64,000 nucleotides of DNA. Origin: Lama glama. Taxonomy: Eukaryota. A program made the translations under genes and the position numbers. Each line of letters starts with the position of its first letter. Positions within the stretch are counted from its first letter, which is position 1. Under the pieces are notes generated by a model. It saw nothing but the letters and a program-made list of their open reading frames with translations. It ran no database searches and was not told the DNA's origin. Shown here piece after piece: positions 50,779 through 64,000 of the stretch. The DNA lies in NCBI GenBank assembly GCA_028534125.1, contig CM052816.1, positions 88,662,001 to 88,726,000 on the forward strand, in the 5' to 3' direction.

Positions 50779-51242
50779 CGCACAATGAAATATTACTCAG
50801 CCATAAAAAAGAATGAAATAATGCCATTTGCAGCAACATGGATGGACCTAGAGATTATAATATTGAGTAAAGTAAGACAGAGAAAGACAAATATCATATG
50901 ACATCACTTACATGTAGAATCTAAAAAAAATTATACAAATTCTATTTACAAATTGAAATAGACACACAGACATAGAAAACAAACTATGATTACCAAAGGG
51001 GAAAGGGGATAAATTAGGAGTTGGAGATTAACAGACTCACATTACTATATATAAAATAAATAAACAACAAGGGCCTACTGTGTAGCACAGGGAACTATAT
51101 TCAGTTTCTTGTAATAACCTATAATGGAACAGAATCAGAAAAGAAATAATATATATATAGTATATATGTATAACTGAATCACTTTGCTGTATGCCTGCAA
51201 CTAACATTGTAAATCAACAACACTTCAATAAAAATTTTTAAA
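50244..51242 (+). mobile_element. 5'-truncated LINE-1 (cetartiodactyl type): ORF2 C-terminus, 3'UTR and tail, with internal (CA)n at ~50740-50772
   Basis: AGAGAAATGCAAATCAAAAC..CACCTCACACCTGTCAGAATGGCCATCATT, ORF2 remnant [26 protein letters not shown], and 3'UTR GGGATAAATTAGGAG..AGCACAGGGAACTATATTC..AACTGAATCACTTTGCTGT..CTTCAATAAAAA. Candidate TSD AAATACTTAATTA (50231-50243) / AAACATTTAATTA (51243-51255). Confidence 0.93.
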
Positions 51243-53149
51243 AAACATTTAATTACAAATGTCAATAAAGGGAGATGTGATGTTGATGTTATGTAGAGAG
51301 GTAATTATTCATATTTCAGATTCTCTGTGTCAAAATGATAATTTAAACTGCTTTTGTAGTTGGAGTAATGATGTGATGGAAGCAGAAGATTTTCAAGGCT
51401 ATTTGTGTTGTGGCAAAAACCAAAATGAAAATTTGATTATTGATCACTAAAATCTAATAGCTAATGATGATGTTTTCTGACAATAAGGGCCTCAAAATCA
51501 TGAAAAATGCACGCATGAGGCCTGGAACCATGAAAGTCAAAGAACAGACATAAAAAGGTAGGGATTATCCGGAGTCTTTGAAGCGACTTTAACGTATGTT
51601 TTCCAGTCTTCATAGGAGTAGCTTTAGGATGGTACTGAGTATAGAGCAGAAATTCCCTTGGGAAATTAGCTAAGTCAAAGTCTATTAGTTTGTTCAAATG
51701 GCTCTATTTTCCTAGATAAATCACTTGTAATATCATCAGCCATATTCTGCTGAAGAGAATCTTGACTAGAAATTAAAATACTACAAACACTCTCTGTATG
51801 TTTAAGGTAAAATTATCTGGATATGTATTTTCTGGACATGATCTCATGATGAAATGGACTTTTTAAATACAGTTATGTTGAACCACATTCTGTACTAAAG
51901 GGAATTCTTATCTTTTTGTTTCTTCCCATTGGCTGGGTGTGCACAATGGCATTTTCTTAACGACAGAATCCAAGCTAAAAATGGCCTGAGAATAACACCT
52001 ATTTAATGTTTGTGGAGCAATCTACCCCACCAAATCACTGAGAGGAGAAAGAATGAGCCTCCAGGATTTAAGAAAGCATTCAATTTAAGAGCCAATATAA
52101 CTTTTTCCCCAAAGTGGATTAGTTTTCAGTGCAAAATATATTTGAAAGCAGTATCAGTTCAATTTCCTTTGAGATATTGGGTGTAACATTAAAGAAAATC
52201 TCTGAAAATAAAGCTATTGAATCTCATGGATATAATATTTTAAAATTTCTTCCAGTAGAATATAGTTTGAATCCTAAAATGTATAATAACTCATTTTAAA
52301 ACACTTAATTGTGTATCTTCCATAGTATAGGTATAGAAGTCTGTCAACTTCTGTGTATAAAATAAGTCATTTCATTGTCTTTTTTTTTTTAATGAGAGTT
52401 TAATACTTGAGGTAAAACCATGAATTAGCTATTGGACCAGGGTTCCTGCACCTAAGGGAGATAAGATAGGAAAACATTTAAAAATCGAGAAGCTTTATAT
52501 ACTAAAAATGAGTTTATTTTCTCTACTTTACCTGAGGAATGGAATTAAATGAACTACTCCTAAAATAAAGGGAGATCAATTCAGTGTATAACATAGATTC
52601 ATTCCAAATAACTGTATCCCATGGCTCCTTGCCGGGTGCCAGGTGAAGGTTATACTGTGTCTACATGGGGATGATATTCTGGAGAACAGGACAGCCCTGC
52701 CATATCCTGATGTTTTAAATATCTAGACTTTGTTTATGATCTTATAAAATCTTAACACCATTTACTCCTCCCTTTTATAATCAGTAATTCCCTGCACAAA
52801 CTGTGACAATATTCAACTCATTTCACAGCCAGTTTACATTACAGAGCAGAAAATATCATTGGAATAACTTGAGCTGCCTCATACATGTGGAGAGACTGAG
52901 GCATGCAAATATCATACTCCAATGTGACGCTTCTCTTTTAATGACAGAATTACTTGTAGCTTTGTGTCTTCCAAATACGAATAGCAAACAATTATACTTT
53001 TCAAAGCGTGTCTCAATTTCTGTTCAGAGTCAGAAACAAATACACACAGAATTAAGTTTTTGCAGGTTAATATTTTCGGTGCATCATAGATTGGTTTTGC
53101 ATCTTTAACTGCTCCACTTCACATTAACAAGTTGTTGATACCTATTTGT

Positions 53150-53330
53150 CAATTTGTATCTTTATATATGTACGTGTGGATAAATAGAAGGGTTTATTAA
53201 AAAGGATTGATATATGAAATTATGGAGGCTGTCTAAGCAAGTTAGAAGCCCCTAGAACTAGCAGTGAGGAAAGGAAATTCTGGAGCAGGCTAAAACCCAT
53301 TTTCCACAGGCATAATGGAAAATCCAGAGG
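53150..53330 (-). mobile_element. MLT2-like (ERVL) LTR fragment
   Basis: GGTTTATTAAAAGGATTG..AATTATGGAGGCTG..AGCAAGT..GCAGTGAGGAAAGG resembles antisense MLT2. Confidence 0.45.
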
Positions 53331-55934
53331 AAAGGGAAAGCAATAATAAATTCATCATAAATTATGATATTGCACAGTTTAAATGGGTGTAGTTTAACAA
53401 AAAATTTGATTAAAACAAGAAATTAAGTGCAATAGAAGAATTTCTTAACAGTATAAAGTTTTCAGTTATTTTATATAAGGTCTATTCTTAATTGTGTCCA
53501 CATATTGACTATGAATATTTATTTGATATGCTAAATGCATTTAAGAACTGAAGTATCCATTCAAAGCATCTACCAAATTCTGTTTCCTCTCTCTTTTATA
53601 ATTAACTACTCTACTTTTCAATTAAGATTTACCAACTTCAAGAAAATTATATTACATTGGAAGTTAAATTAAATTTTTATATTAAAATATAATTCAATAA
53701 ACTTTTTAAACTTGGTATGTTTAAATATATATTTTTTAGGACAAATACTTCTCTTGGAAGTAGAAGAGGAAGTATTTTTGTCTGTTTAAAATTTCTCTTC
53801 TCACTCATTTTCCAAAATTATGTTTTAAGACTTACTTTATGTGATACAATGAGAATATTCTTTACTGAATATTCTATTCCTATTTATTTTTTGAAAATAG
53901 ATTGAGTCATGGGAAATATATTATATATATGATATATATACACACACACACTTTAAAGAACTCATCATCTTCTTTAAAATTTAAGGAAACCTCGGCTCTA
54001 ATTTCCTATCTGTGAGTACTTACTTCAATTCTGTATGCAGAAAAATATACTAAGCCTGGAGCAACCGTGATCCTGGACTTAAAGAACAATGTCATGAACA
54101 GAATAGTCACAAAGAATAATAAATTATAACAAGAGAATAATGTATGGGTGCCTGATAGAGGTACAAGTGATGCAGAGGGATGTACGAGTGTGATGACAGT
54201 AATTATAACTGGAGAAATATTTTAAACAATTCCTCCAGGAAAGGAAATCCAATTGCATTAAAGCACTAGGTAGTAAGTTATTTAGTCAAGGCTACCACAT
54301 AGTAAAATCAATGGTGCAAAAAAATTAACCTCAAGAAACAGAGTTATTATATGAGATGAAATTCAAAGCCATGACTCATCTGTTTATAATGAGTTACGTA
54401 TTTATTACCTTCAATTTGTGCATTTCTTAAACACTTCAATTTTTTTAATACTTAAATATAGTTTTGTAGAAGTCAATACCAACCACAAGGTCAAATTACA
54501 TTCAATGTGAGGGGAGACAGACTCGACCTCTTGATTCAAAATATTCTGGCAATACATAAAGGCTATGCAATATATAAAGCATTTCCACTGAAATCTTACT
54601 AATAATTGAGAAAATGTCAATACGGTACTCTTACGAAAAGTTATATTTCTTTTGCAGAAAAGCTAAATAGAAAGCTAAAATTTTTAAATCTAACGGAAAT
54701 GTTAACTCTACAAACCAATGACGGTGCCCTGGAAGTATTCCTGTTGTGTAATTTCTGTATTTCAATAGAAGAAATAGAGTCTCTTTTTCTGAAGATTTTG
54801 TTTTTGTATTTTTAAGCAGCTGTTAGTGAGCTCACTGGACTGCAAAACGCAATAAAGGTCTTCATTTCATTGCCAAGCTTTTCATCTGAACTAGAGTGAG
54901 AAGAATGGTGTGCTAATTTATCGATAGCTCAAGTGCTTTGTCAAAAAGTGGAAAGTACTGCCAAATTTGCTTTGCAGAATAACACATGTTTAGCACTGAT
55001 CTGCTGCTACAGAAAATAATTTGTTTTTACAAGTACTTATGTTTCAGCAGGTCTCAAAAGGAAAAGTAGCTTATTCTCCCCTCCAAAGAAAAACACCACA
55101 AAGTTTATAATATTCTTTTTCCACTTGTCTTCTGTTTTACCTTTAAAGCAAATCTTCGTTACAGGCTGTTAGTGCTTTGGAGTTGGATCTTATGTTGGGC
55201 TGTGCAAGACTGAAAATGACCCATGACCCTAAACAGTAAAGGAGCAGTAAGAAAAAGAATGCATTTTAGAAAATGAAACCTCATGAAATTGGAAAACTGG
55301 CAAACCATCATATGGGAAATCAGTGAAAAGAAATAGTGAAAGGGGGTGAAAAACTGAGTAGGAAAGAAACCAGGGAATCCAATCGAATTTAGAGAAGCGA
55401 AGACAGTCAAAACTGGGAGTAATTTCCTGAGTTGCTTTAAGATTGCACAGGTGCCACCTATAGAGGAGATGCCACTCGTTAACACGAGCTGGGAGAGAAT
55501 TACAAAGGGTAGGCTGGCCTGGAAAATCGATAAAATACTAAATATCCACAAGTCTTAAATTTAATAAAAGAGAGACAATTCTAGGTAACACTTTAAGGGC
55601 AAAATTATTTAGATAAATCAGTATTTCCCTTTGAAACTGAAATAGAAATAAAACTACCATTCCTGTATTTACTAATGTATTTTCCCTAGCGTGCACATAT
55701 TCTGGAAATTTGTCTACTGTGGAAAATATGTATTTTTATTTAGCTAAATAATCAAACTATAAATATATTCAAGAGAGCAACTTATATCATTCCTTCTGAA
55801 ACAGAAGTTATCAAGGAAAACAAATAGAAACTGTATATAATGCCAGAGAAAGGCTTTAAGAACTTTTCCTCCCCTGCTGAGATTTGCCAACATTTGTGAT
55901 GTAGCCAGTGATACCCTCAAATTGCAAGCTTAGT

Positions 55935-56434
55935 NNNNNNNNNNNNNNNNNNNNNNNNNNNNNNNNNNNNNNNNNNNNNNNNNNNNNNNNNNNNNNNNNN
56001 NNNNNNNNNNNNNNNNNNNNNNNNNNNNNNNNNNNNNNNNNNNNNNNNNNNNNNNNNNNNNNNNNNNNNNNNNNNNNNNNNNNNNNNNNNNNNNNNNNNN
56101 NNNNNNNNNNNNNNNNNNNNNNNNNNNNNNNNNNNNNNNNNNNNNNNNNNNNNNNNNNNNNNNNNNNNNNNNNNNNNNNNNNNNNNNNNNNNNNNNNNNN
56201 NNNNNNNNNNNNNNNNNNNNNNNNNNNNNNNNNNNNNNNNNNNNNNNNNNNNNNNNNNNNNNNNNNNNNNNNNNNNNNNNNNNNNNNNNNNNNNNNNNNN
56301 NNNNNNNNNNNNNNNNNNNNNNNNNNNNNNNNNNNNNNNNNNNNNNNNNNNNNNNNNNNNNNNNNNNNNNNNNNNNNNNNNNNNNNNNNNNNNNNNNNNN
56401 NNNNNNNNNNNNNNNNNNNNNNNNNNNNNNNNNN
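55935..56434. other. Assembly gap, exactly 500 N
   Basis: Directly visible. ORFs 55908-56486 and 55917-56501 are artefacts of the gap. Confidence 1.
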
Positions 56435-57249
56435 ATTTAATATTCAGGAAGCCACGTATCTCAGTGTGAATAGGGCCTTCAAATGAAATGCTATAAAACA
56501 CAATAACAAAGAAATCTGTTGGAAAATTTATTGGTTAGAAAACATTTGCTTAGCATTCTTATTAAAAACAATCAGTTGAAGGAAGACTCTCCTTACCATT
56601 ATCAAAATATACTTAAAAACTTAATAATCAAGGTACTGTGTTAAAATTTAGACCCAAGATATCTGTATTTATGGAAATTTTTATACACAATAGATATTGT
56701 GAATATATATCAATAAGAATATATTCAATACACTTTATTGGCTAAATTGGCTGTATGCTAAGAAGATTAAGTTAGGTGTGTATCCAATATTATGCACATA
56801 ATCAAAACAGTATTAAAATGTTAAAAGTGAAACCAAAATATACAGACACTCAGAATACAGTATTTGGAATGACAATGTATCTACCTATGCTTAGATTAAT
56901 GGACAATTCTCAACTGCTTCTGCCTTATACCCTCTTGCTCATGGAGTGAGACTTTCTCTTCCTACCAAAATCTCTGCACAAATGGTTAATTCCCTCTGTA
57001 TCGGGGGTGGAGATTTAGTGTTAAAAAAGATAATGAGTTTTCTTTGGGAATTTTATTGATGAAAAAAAGAACTTGGCTGTGCAGAATCTCCTGGTTACAG
57101 ATTATCTAATAGCAATGGGTTTGGTATTGGCCACTGAGGATTCCTGACTCTATAGTTTCTGTCATCTCTTGTCCTCTTTTTCTCTCTTCTCAAAATCCAT
57201 TTATATAATTGTTTAGAGAGAAAAAAATTCTACCCTTATTATTTTATGC

Positions 57250-57825
57250 ATCTTTCTGTGTAGTATTTTCAGAGTAATAATTTTTAATAATACTGAAAGA
57301 TAATTATTTTCATGGAAGGCTAAGATTCAATTATTTTTTCTTAGAGATTTGAAAACATTTCTTCATTTACTTTTGATATCTTGTGTTGCACATAAAATCT
57401 GGAGCAAATTTAATTACAGTATGTATTGTTTTTATAACTATTAAAGATATAGAAAATTTAAATTGTTTTAATTCTAAAATAATAATAGAATTGCTTTAGA
57501 ATATAGTATTTTTGTCATTTCTGCTCTTGGAGTCCTTAATTTGAGGATATGTGCCTCTTTTTTCCAGCTAGAAATGTATTCATATATTTTGTTTGCATTA
57601 TATTCTTCATTTTGTTCTCTCATTCATCTCCTTCTGGAAGGCATTCTAGAATGTAGATCCATCATAGATTCGACCTATTTATCTTCCATAGATAATGGAA
57701 TTATCTATGGAAAATTACCTTTTCCATAATATACTTCAGATCTTTCAAATCTGATACTCTGTTCTGTCAGACATCCATTCTTGTCCTGTAGTTCACTCCA
57801 TTAGCTGTGCTTTGTTCTGCTGTGT
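57250..57825 (-). mobile_element. Very old L1 (L1ME-like) fragment
   Basis: TTTGAAAACATT..TCTTGTGTTGC..AAATCTG..CTTAATTTGAGG..TCTCCTTCTGGAAG..TAGA; degraded antisense ORF1-region pattern. Confidence 0.45.
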
Positions 57826-57829
57826 GTCC

Positions 57830-58625
57830 TTACAAGTGACTAGAGCAAAGCATCAAAATACAAGGTCAGTATAAAAACATAAGTATGCTTCTATGTATTA
57901 GCAAAAAACAGTTAAAAATCAAATCAATAAACAATGCTGCATATAATAGCATCAAAAATATCAGTACTTATAATAAACTTAACAAAAGATTTGCAGGACC
58001 TATAGACGGAAGACTACAAATTTTGAAGGAAAAGGAGAACTAAACAGGCTGATACATTATTTATATGCATAAGAAATCTCAATATTGATAAGATTTTTAT
58101 TCTTTCCAAATTGATCTATAGAGCCAATGCAAAACTTACCAAATTCAAGCGTATCTATATTCTGTGATGCAGCAAATATACTCCTGGGTATATGCTTATA
58201 AGAAACCAGTGCATAGGTCCACCCAAATTGCAAGAATATTTACAGCCTTTTTTTTTTTTATAATAACCACAATTTGAACCAACCCAAATGTCCATAGTAG
58301 ACATTAGAGTGTAATTTTTCATTGCCACATTTTGGATGAATCGTCTGTATTTAATATTAGTAAAGAATCAGACATAAAAGGAGCAAAGCAGTATGATTCC
58401 ATTCATATGGAATTTAAAACAAGCAAAATCAAACTAAGATGGTCAAGTTAAGAATGGTGGCTAACCTTATATTGAGGGTGGAAGCAGTAATACCAACTGA
58501 CAGGAGGACTGAGAGTTCAGAAAGTGTTCTATATATCTTGGTCTAGTTTTAGTCACATGAGGGTATGCATATGTAAAAATGTATCAGTGTATAAACTTAA
58601 GATATTTACAATTTTTAAAAATGAA
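57830..58625 (+). mobile_element. Old L1 (L1MD/ME-like), ORF2 fragment joined to 3'UTR
   Basis: ATACAAGGTCAGTATAAAA..AATAGCATCAAAA..TAACAAAAGAT..CAAATTGATCTATAGA..AATGCAA, then ACTCCTGGGTATAT..AACCCAAATGTCCAT..TATGATTCCATT..ATATGTAAAAAT..ACTTAAGAT. Confidence 0.75.
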
Positions 58626-59505
58626 AAAAAGTCACTGGTTGAAGTCCTTTATATGCTGCCATGTAAAGTGAATCTCTAAGGCAAGATTTTAAAGTGCAGC
58701 ATTTCCAAAGTATATTAGTCAATGAATTATAGGAACTGGCTTGCAGTGTAATATGATAAGAGACAAGCAAGTAATTGAGTTAAAATAAAGTATATAAAGA
58801 GTAGTGAATTGGTTCTGATTTCTAATTTAGGAAGAGATTAGCAGGTAATAACTAGGATTAGGTGACAGTTGAAAATATCTTCTTCAACTAAGACTTAAGG
58901 CAGTCGATACAAAGTATGGAAATGTTTTCACTAGAGAAACTTCAAGTTAATGAGTATGACTATATTTCCCCTTAAGATCAGGAAGTCTTGATTCTCATGG
59001 GAATGATTTCACTGTACGTGTAGAGTATTTTATTTGTCTTCCATCTGAATTTAAGCATGAATCTGTATATAATAACATGACCCTTCTGCTTGATCAAGAT
59101 AAATAACTTGAGATATTATAATTATTTTATTGGAATGCAAAATATAAAAATTCTTGAGACAGCAAAGAAACCACAGCAAATACTTTAAAACTTTGTATAG
59201 TAGGTAGACACTCGAATTCATTACATCTTATCCTGAATCTCCTCCTAATCAATAAAACAACTTAGTCAGTCTATTTATCTTCACTCCCTCTCATTCTTCC
59301 CAACTTGTGGTGTTGACTGTAGCTGTTAAAAGGTAAATAAAATTACAAATCCTGCTTTTTCTCACTAAGCCAGTTGGCCTTGTCTTACTGTATGTCCTTC
59401 TTTTTTTGGCCTAGAAAGCTAGAAAACTTCCTGAACACATGTTCTTTTCTCTACTATTTCCATACTCTAGGCATTCCCTTATACTTTCATTAAGATAATG
59501 GTTCT

Positions 59506-59513
59506 ATTTTTTA

Positions 59514-59544
<31 letters not shown>

Positions 59545-59669
59545 GTAAAATATATATTTTAATTGAGGTATAGTCAGTCAGTTTACAATGTTGTGTCAAT
59601 TTCTGGTGTATAGCATAATACTTTAGTCGAACATGAACATAAATAAAAAAAGAAAAAAAGATGCAAAAG
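59506..59669 (-). mobile_element. Short camelid-type L1 3' tail whose A-tail has become (TA)n
   Basis: AATTGAGGTATAGTCAGTCAGTTTACAATGTTGTGTCAATTTCTGGTGTATAGCA is the reverse complement of the 19582-19630 element. TSD AAGATAATGGTTCT (59492-59505) / AAGGTAATGATTCT (59670-59683). Confidence 0.8.
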
Positions 59670-62046
59670 AAGGTAATGATTCTGAAATGAAAATCTGATC
59701 ACTCTTTTTCTTTGCTGGTAATTCTCCACAGGCATTACAATGATATAAACGTATTTTGTTCTATATAAAATGTGAATATCTTAAAGAAAATTATTGGTCT
59801 AAAGACTAAATTATTTTATGTATTATTAATCACCCTAAGTTATTCTATAAATACATCCTAGCATTTGTGTATTTTCTTTGCTTAAATATTTGTATTGATA
59901 CATTACTAAATCAGATATAAGGAACTGCTTCAGTTTAGTACCTGAGTTCCATGAACTATGTTTGGCAGCCAAACAACTGGAGATAAAAATCTGTAGTCTT
60001 CCAATTGCATGACCTATATATCCAACTTCAGTAAAATAATTTCATTATTCTACCTACAGTAGTAACTTGTATTTGCCACAGTTGCCTAATAGCTTCTGAT
60101 AGAACTATAAATTTTGAATAGTATATAATGCACTGATGAACCTGATCCCAGGATACATGTTATTATTTTAATAGACTTCCTGCATTTATTAACTAATAAC
60201 TTAGCAAAGGTATTAAAAATATTTGATACTCTAAACCATACCAGTAGCAATAATTGATATCCTATAAACAATACATAATTAGGTATGAGAACTAAAGAAT
60301 GCTGATTCAAATAAAAATTATGAAAATAACTCCTTAACTTACAACCAAAAAACAGATAATTTATTGTAAATATCAATTAGATCTAAGGAGTAAAATAAGA
60401 TAAAAAAATAAATTAATATTCTGTTAAAATAAATTAAATTCAAACATTTAGCCACTGCAGCTCAATTCTTAAAAAACACATAAAATATCTTAAGGAAGAA
60501 ATGCAAGAAAATATAGAATAACCAAGTAAAGCTTGGGAGTCATGTTCCAAAGACAGAAATTCAAGAGTTTTCAACTCTTTTAATCTTAACTCAAAAATCT
60601 GAAAATACTGTTAATACTAATGTAAGGTGTTAACTTACTTAATTTTAAAGTAAATTCAACAATGTGCATATGAGCTAGGGAGTAATTACATTATTTACAA
60701 TCAATTTTACAATCCACTCAAATAGTTTTAAAACAAGAGGAAAGTAATTCAGCTGATTTTGGTTTGGTTGCAATATTTATATTTGGGAGAAAATAAATAA
60801 AGAATTCATTTGTTCAGTGGCTTCCTTTTGTTTATTTTTGGAATGCAGTTACAATTATATCTTTCAAATGAAAGCTTTATCAACTAAACTACATTATTTT
60901 AATACTCATGTTCCTTTTTTATTATCTAGTGATTGCAGAGAGTTGGCCATCACTAATTAGGCATTTGTTCAAATCTGATCATTCCCTTTCAATAAATCTG
61001 GTAATTACTCAACTTTTTCTATAAAGTAGGCTTAACTAGTTACATTTCTTTGCTCCACTGAGTTAAGGAATGTTCAGGCCTAAAATATTAATATTAATAT
61101 ATTGGACATATATTGCTTTAAATTTGCAAAGACTTTTGAGCTTCAAAATTATGCATTGAGATACAAAGTGATCAATAATATATTTTCTGAAATATCTTGT
61201 AGGTACCCAGAAAATACTCAGGATATTTTATATCCATTAATTGACTAAGCAAATAGTAATAAACTCTGATAAGGAAACACCACAGAGTAAAGAAAGAACA
61301 TTTTATGGAGGAAATATAGTATGCTATAGACAGCCATGTATTCCCCCACCAGAAATAATGTAATTGGCTTGGAGATCATCAAACTGAGTTTGATGATTTT
61401 AAAAACATTGATTTCCATCATATAAATAATTTGTATTTTTACCTCTGGACTTATAGGCAGCATACTTTCGGACAAAATATTTGATTTAGTACTTGTAAAA
61501 TGCCCTAATTTGAGATGTTAAACACTGCAGTGGAAAAGGATTCTGGGGAAATGATGAAGTGGACAAGATTCCCTTCCATTCCTCTCTCTCCTGAGAGCAA
61601 GTGAAATGCTTGTGAAGTGAATGGTTGTGAGGCATACAGGAGACATTAAAAATGACGTCTGGATTCTGTGCATCTCAAAGGGCCACGTGAATTTTGGAGA
61701 AGTATGTAAGAGAGACCAGATGTGACGGTCAGGAAGTGGGAGATTCTGTAAGACTGGTGAGAAGAGACCTCTGTGCTCAAGTGGGTTAGTATGTCAGCCC
61801 CATATGAGGATGTCCAATCTCCTACATCCCAAAAATACCAGACAAACAAACCACCACCAACAACAACGAAGGCAAGAAAAGAGTGTTCTTACTCCTGCTG
61901 TCTCTGAGGCTGAGACCTACGAACCGGATAGTTTCCGCCAGGTGCAGTAATAGTGTGCTGATAGCCTGCTTTCTTAGGTAGTGCTGGTTCTCTGGCAGAG
62001 AGACAGTTGATCTCTAATTACTTATGGGACTGAGACCAGATTGGAA

Positions 62047-62240
62047 GCTAGTTTTTAACTCCACTGCACAGTGGAGTCACCTGAGAGTTAAAAAAAATTT
62101 CTGTTCCTATTCCCCCTCACCTTTCCATCCAAGACCTTAGAGATTCAGATTTAATTGGTATGAGGTAGAGCCTAGAGACGGGGATTTTTAAAAAGTCTCC
62201 CCAGTTGGTTCTAATATGGAGCAAATTAAAATTTACCAGG
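62047..62240. mobile_element. MER5A-like hAT-Charlie element
   Basis: TAGTTTTTAAC..CTGCACA..GAGTCACCTG..AGAGATTCAGATTTAATTGGTATGAGGTAGAGCC..ATTTTTAAAAAGTCTCCCCAG..TTCTAATATG. Confidence 0.8.
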
Positions 62241-64000
62241 GAGAGGGGGCCATATGCCAAAATCCACACCTAAGGCATTTGAACTGATAGAAGAGAAAAA
62301 TAGTAACAACTTCCAAAGTAGACAGTTCACTCTGAGAGGGAATGATTGATCGATCAGAACAAATAGAACACATATTCAGGGAAAAATAGTTCTCAGAGAA
62401 GAAAATTACAAATTGAATAGGAAAAAGGATAAATAAAAGATTATTTAAGAAATTTCAGTTGTTCTACATTTTTTTCTAAATATTTACCAATTAAGTCATT
62501 CAATAGACCTTTGTGACCTTGTGATAATCAGAAGAAAATAATTTTCCTTACTTTCTTCAATTCATTTTATGTCTAAGCTACATGAAATACATTTTGCTTA
62601 CTTGAAGGCAATCATTTCCTTCAATCATTCTAGTGGAATGAGATGGTCAGGGAAGTAAGAGAACATGTCGCAGAAGCATCCTCTGAGTGATCATTTCTGC
62701 ATTCCAACTGATGCAAGAGTTGAAGTGGAGAGAAAAGTAAACACAAGATTTTTGAGTGCTTGAAATAGCCAAGTTAAAGTTTGATTACATACATTTAATG
62801 GAATTATTTTGAAAATTCATCAGTAAAGAGGCAAACAGAATGATTATAGGGAAAGTGAGAGTACTGTTTTATCGCTGTTGTAAGGTCCATCGTAAGCTGC
62901 TCTTGAAGCTGATTTTGAAGAATCATCTGGGGTAAATTTGTTTTCGAAGATGGAGTTTAAAGGGATAGGGAAAGAAAAGAAAGTGAATGATTGTTTATTT
63001 CTGCATCTTTGGACAAATAATTTGAATTATAAATGTCAGTGACAGCTGAATTCTTAGTTTGTATTCAGAACTTTCCTCTTGATAAGAGGCTTTAGGTTGT
63101 ATGTCCATGGACAATTTAGATAAAAGCAAAACTTGAGCTTTAATCATTCTCATATATGCCAAACTTTATTGATCTGACCTTATTACAGAATCAAGAAGCA
63201 TTAGATGTTTCTAATTAATGCCTAAATTCACTAAGCATCTTACATACTATAGGATACATTTTCTATTTAGGGTCTTTATCGGGAAAGAAAAGGTAGTGGA
63301 TTTAAAATTCTTGGAGTATGTATTTGATTCCTGCTCTCAGAACCAATAAACATTAATATTGGGGGTGCACACTCTCTATTAAACAGTGTAGGAAAAAACA
63401 TATCATGAATTACAAATTAGCCTTTTCCTAAGGGTATTACAATGCAGTTAATTCAATTGTTTTGTTATACTATTCACTTTTTTTTTTGCAGCACAAATAT
63501 AATTAGAATGAGAAATACAGCAAGCTGTTAAAATTATTTCTTACTACAAAAATAGTCCATAAGTCCTTTAAGGAAAATCATGTAAACTTCTAGTCAATAT
63601 TTTGTGGAAGTATACTGTTTTCCACCATCTCCTAAAAAGTATTCCACAAGTAACTCCTTTTAAAACTACATCATAAAGACTATCTCCGTGATTTCAAGAT
63701 TTAGAAAGACAAACGTTTTAGGTTTAGGGTATAAACAAGTTATTCATACATAGATTTGTTGACTTTATTTTTCTTAGGACAGCAATGAAATATGTCTGCC
63801 TTACAAACCATTAGAAAATACATATTTCTAAATAAATCATTCTGATTGTTTCCCAGAGGTTTTTATAGTGAGACTTCACTAATACAGTCACATGAGATTA
63901 TGTGTTCACAGTCTGTAAAATCTGGTCAGTGTGCTCTGCTCTTTTTTTTTTTTCCCCATGGTGTAAGGAAGGAGTGCTTCTCTTTCACTGTAAGCAAGTA

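Noticed and set aside
55908..56501. Two longest ORFs (192 and 194 aa)
   Set aside because: Artefacts of translating through the N gap.
62058..62077. 9-bp inverted repeat ACTCCACTG-CA-CAGTGGAGT
   Set aside because: Lies within a decayed MER5A; no independent sign of function.
1..64000. All ORFs in the six-frame track as host genes
   Set aside because: They are short (130 aa or less outside the gap), often start at non-ATG codons, and are low-complexity or lie in repeats. The only recognisable peptides are L1 ORF1/ORF2 remnants. No chain of coding exons was found.
1..64000. CRISPR array, operon or other prokaryote-type system
   Set aside because: No regularly spaced repeat-spacer array or dense coding region. 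The repeat content is clearly eutherian.

Overview
AT-rich mammalian non-coding DNA (intergenic or deep intronic). I find no credible protein-coding gene, tRNA, rRNA or CRISPR array. The only ORFs with recognisable protein similarity are decayed LINE-1 ORF1/ORF2 remnants. The window is a mosaic of old eutherian repeats: MaLR MLT1 LTRs including one LTR-internal-LTR provirus, LTR16, MER5A, MER53, MIR, L2 and L1M fragments. It also has cetartiodactyl-type L1 3' ends, microsatellites and a 500-N gap at 55935-56434. The L1 tails, and the absence of recognisable ruminant, pig or whale SINEs, suggest a camelid genome (inference). Repeat family names come from my recollection of consensus sequences, not from a database search. 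I found no new multi-gene system. The best leads are: a TSD-flanked, polyadenylated retrocopy or orphan transduction inside an L1 (6776-7096); a second candidate retrocopy (9646-~10060); a long G-U-rich hairpin inside a non-coding exon-like segment (19355-19524); an ancient local duplication bracketing the MaLR provirus; and a probable twin-primed inverted L1 (25653-25930).
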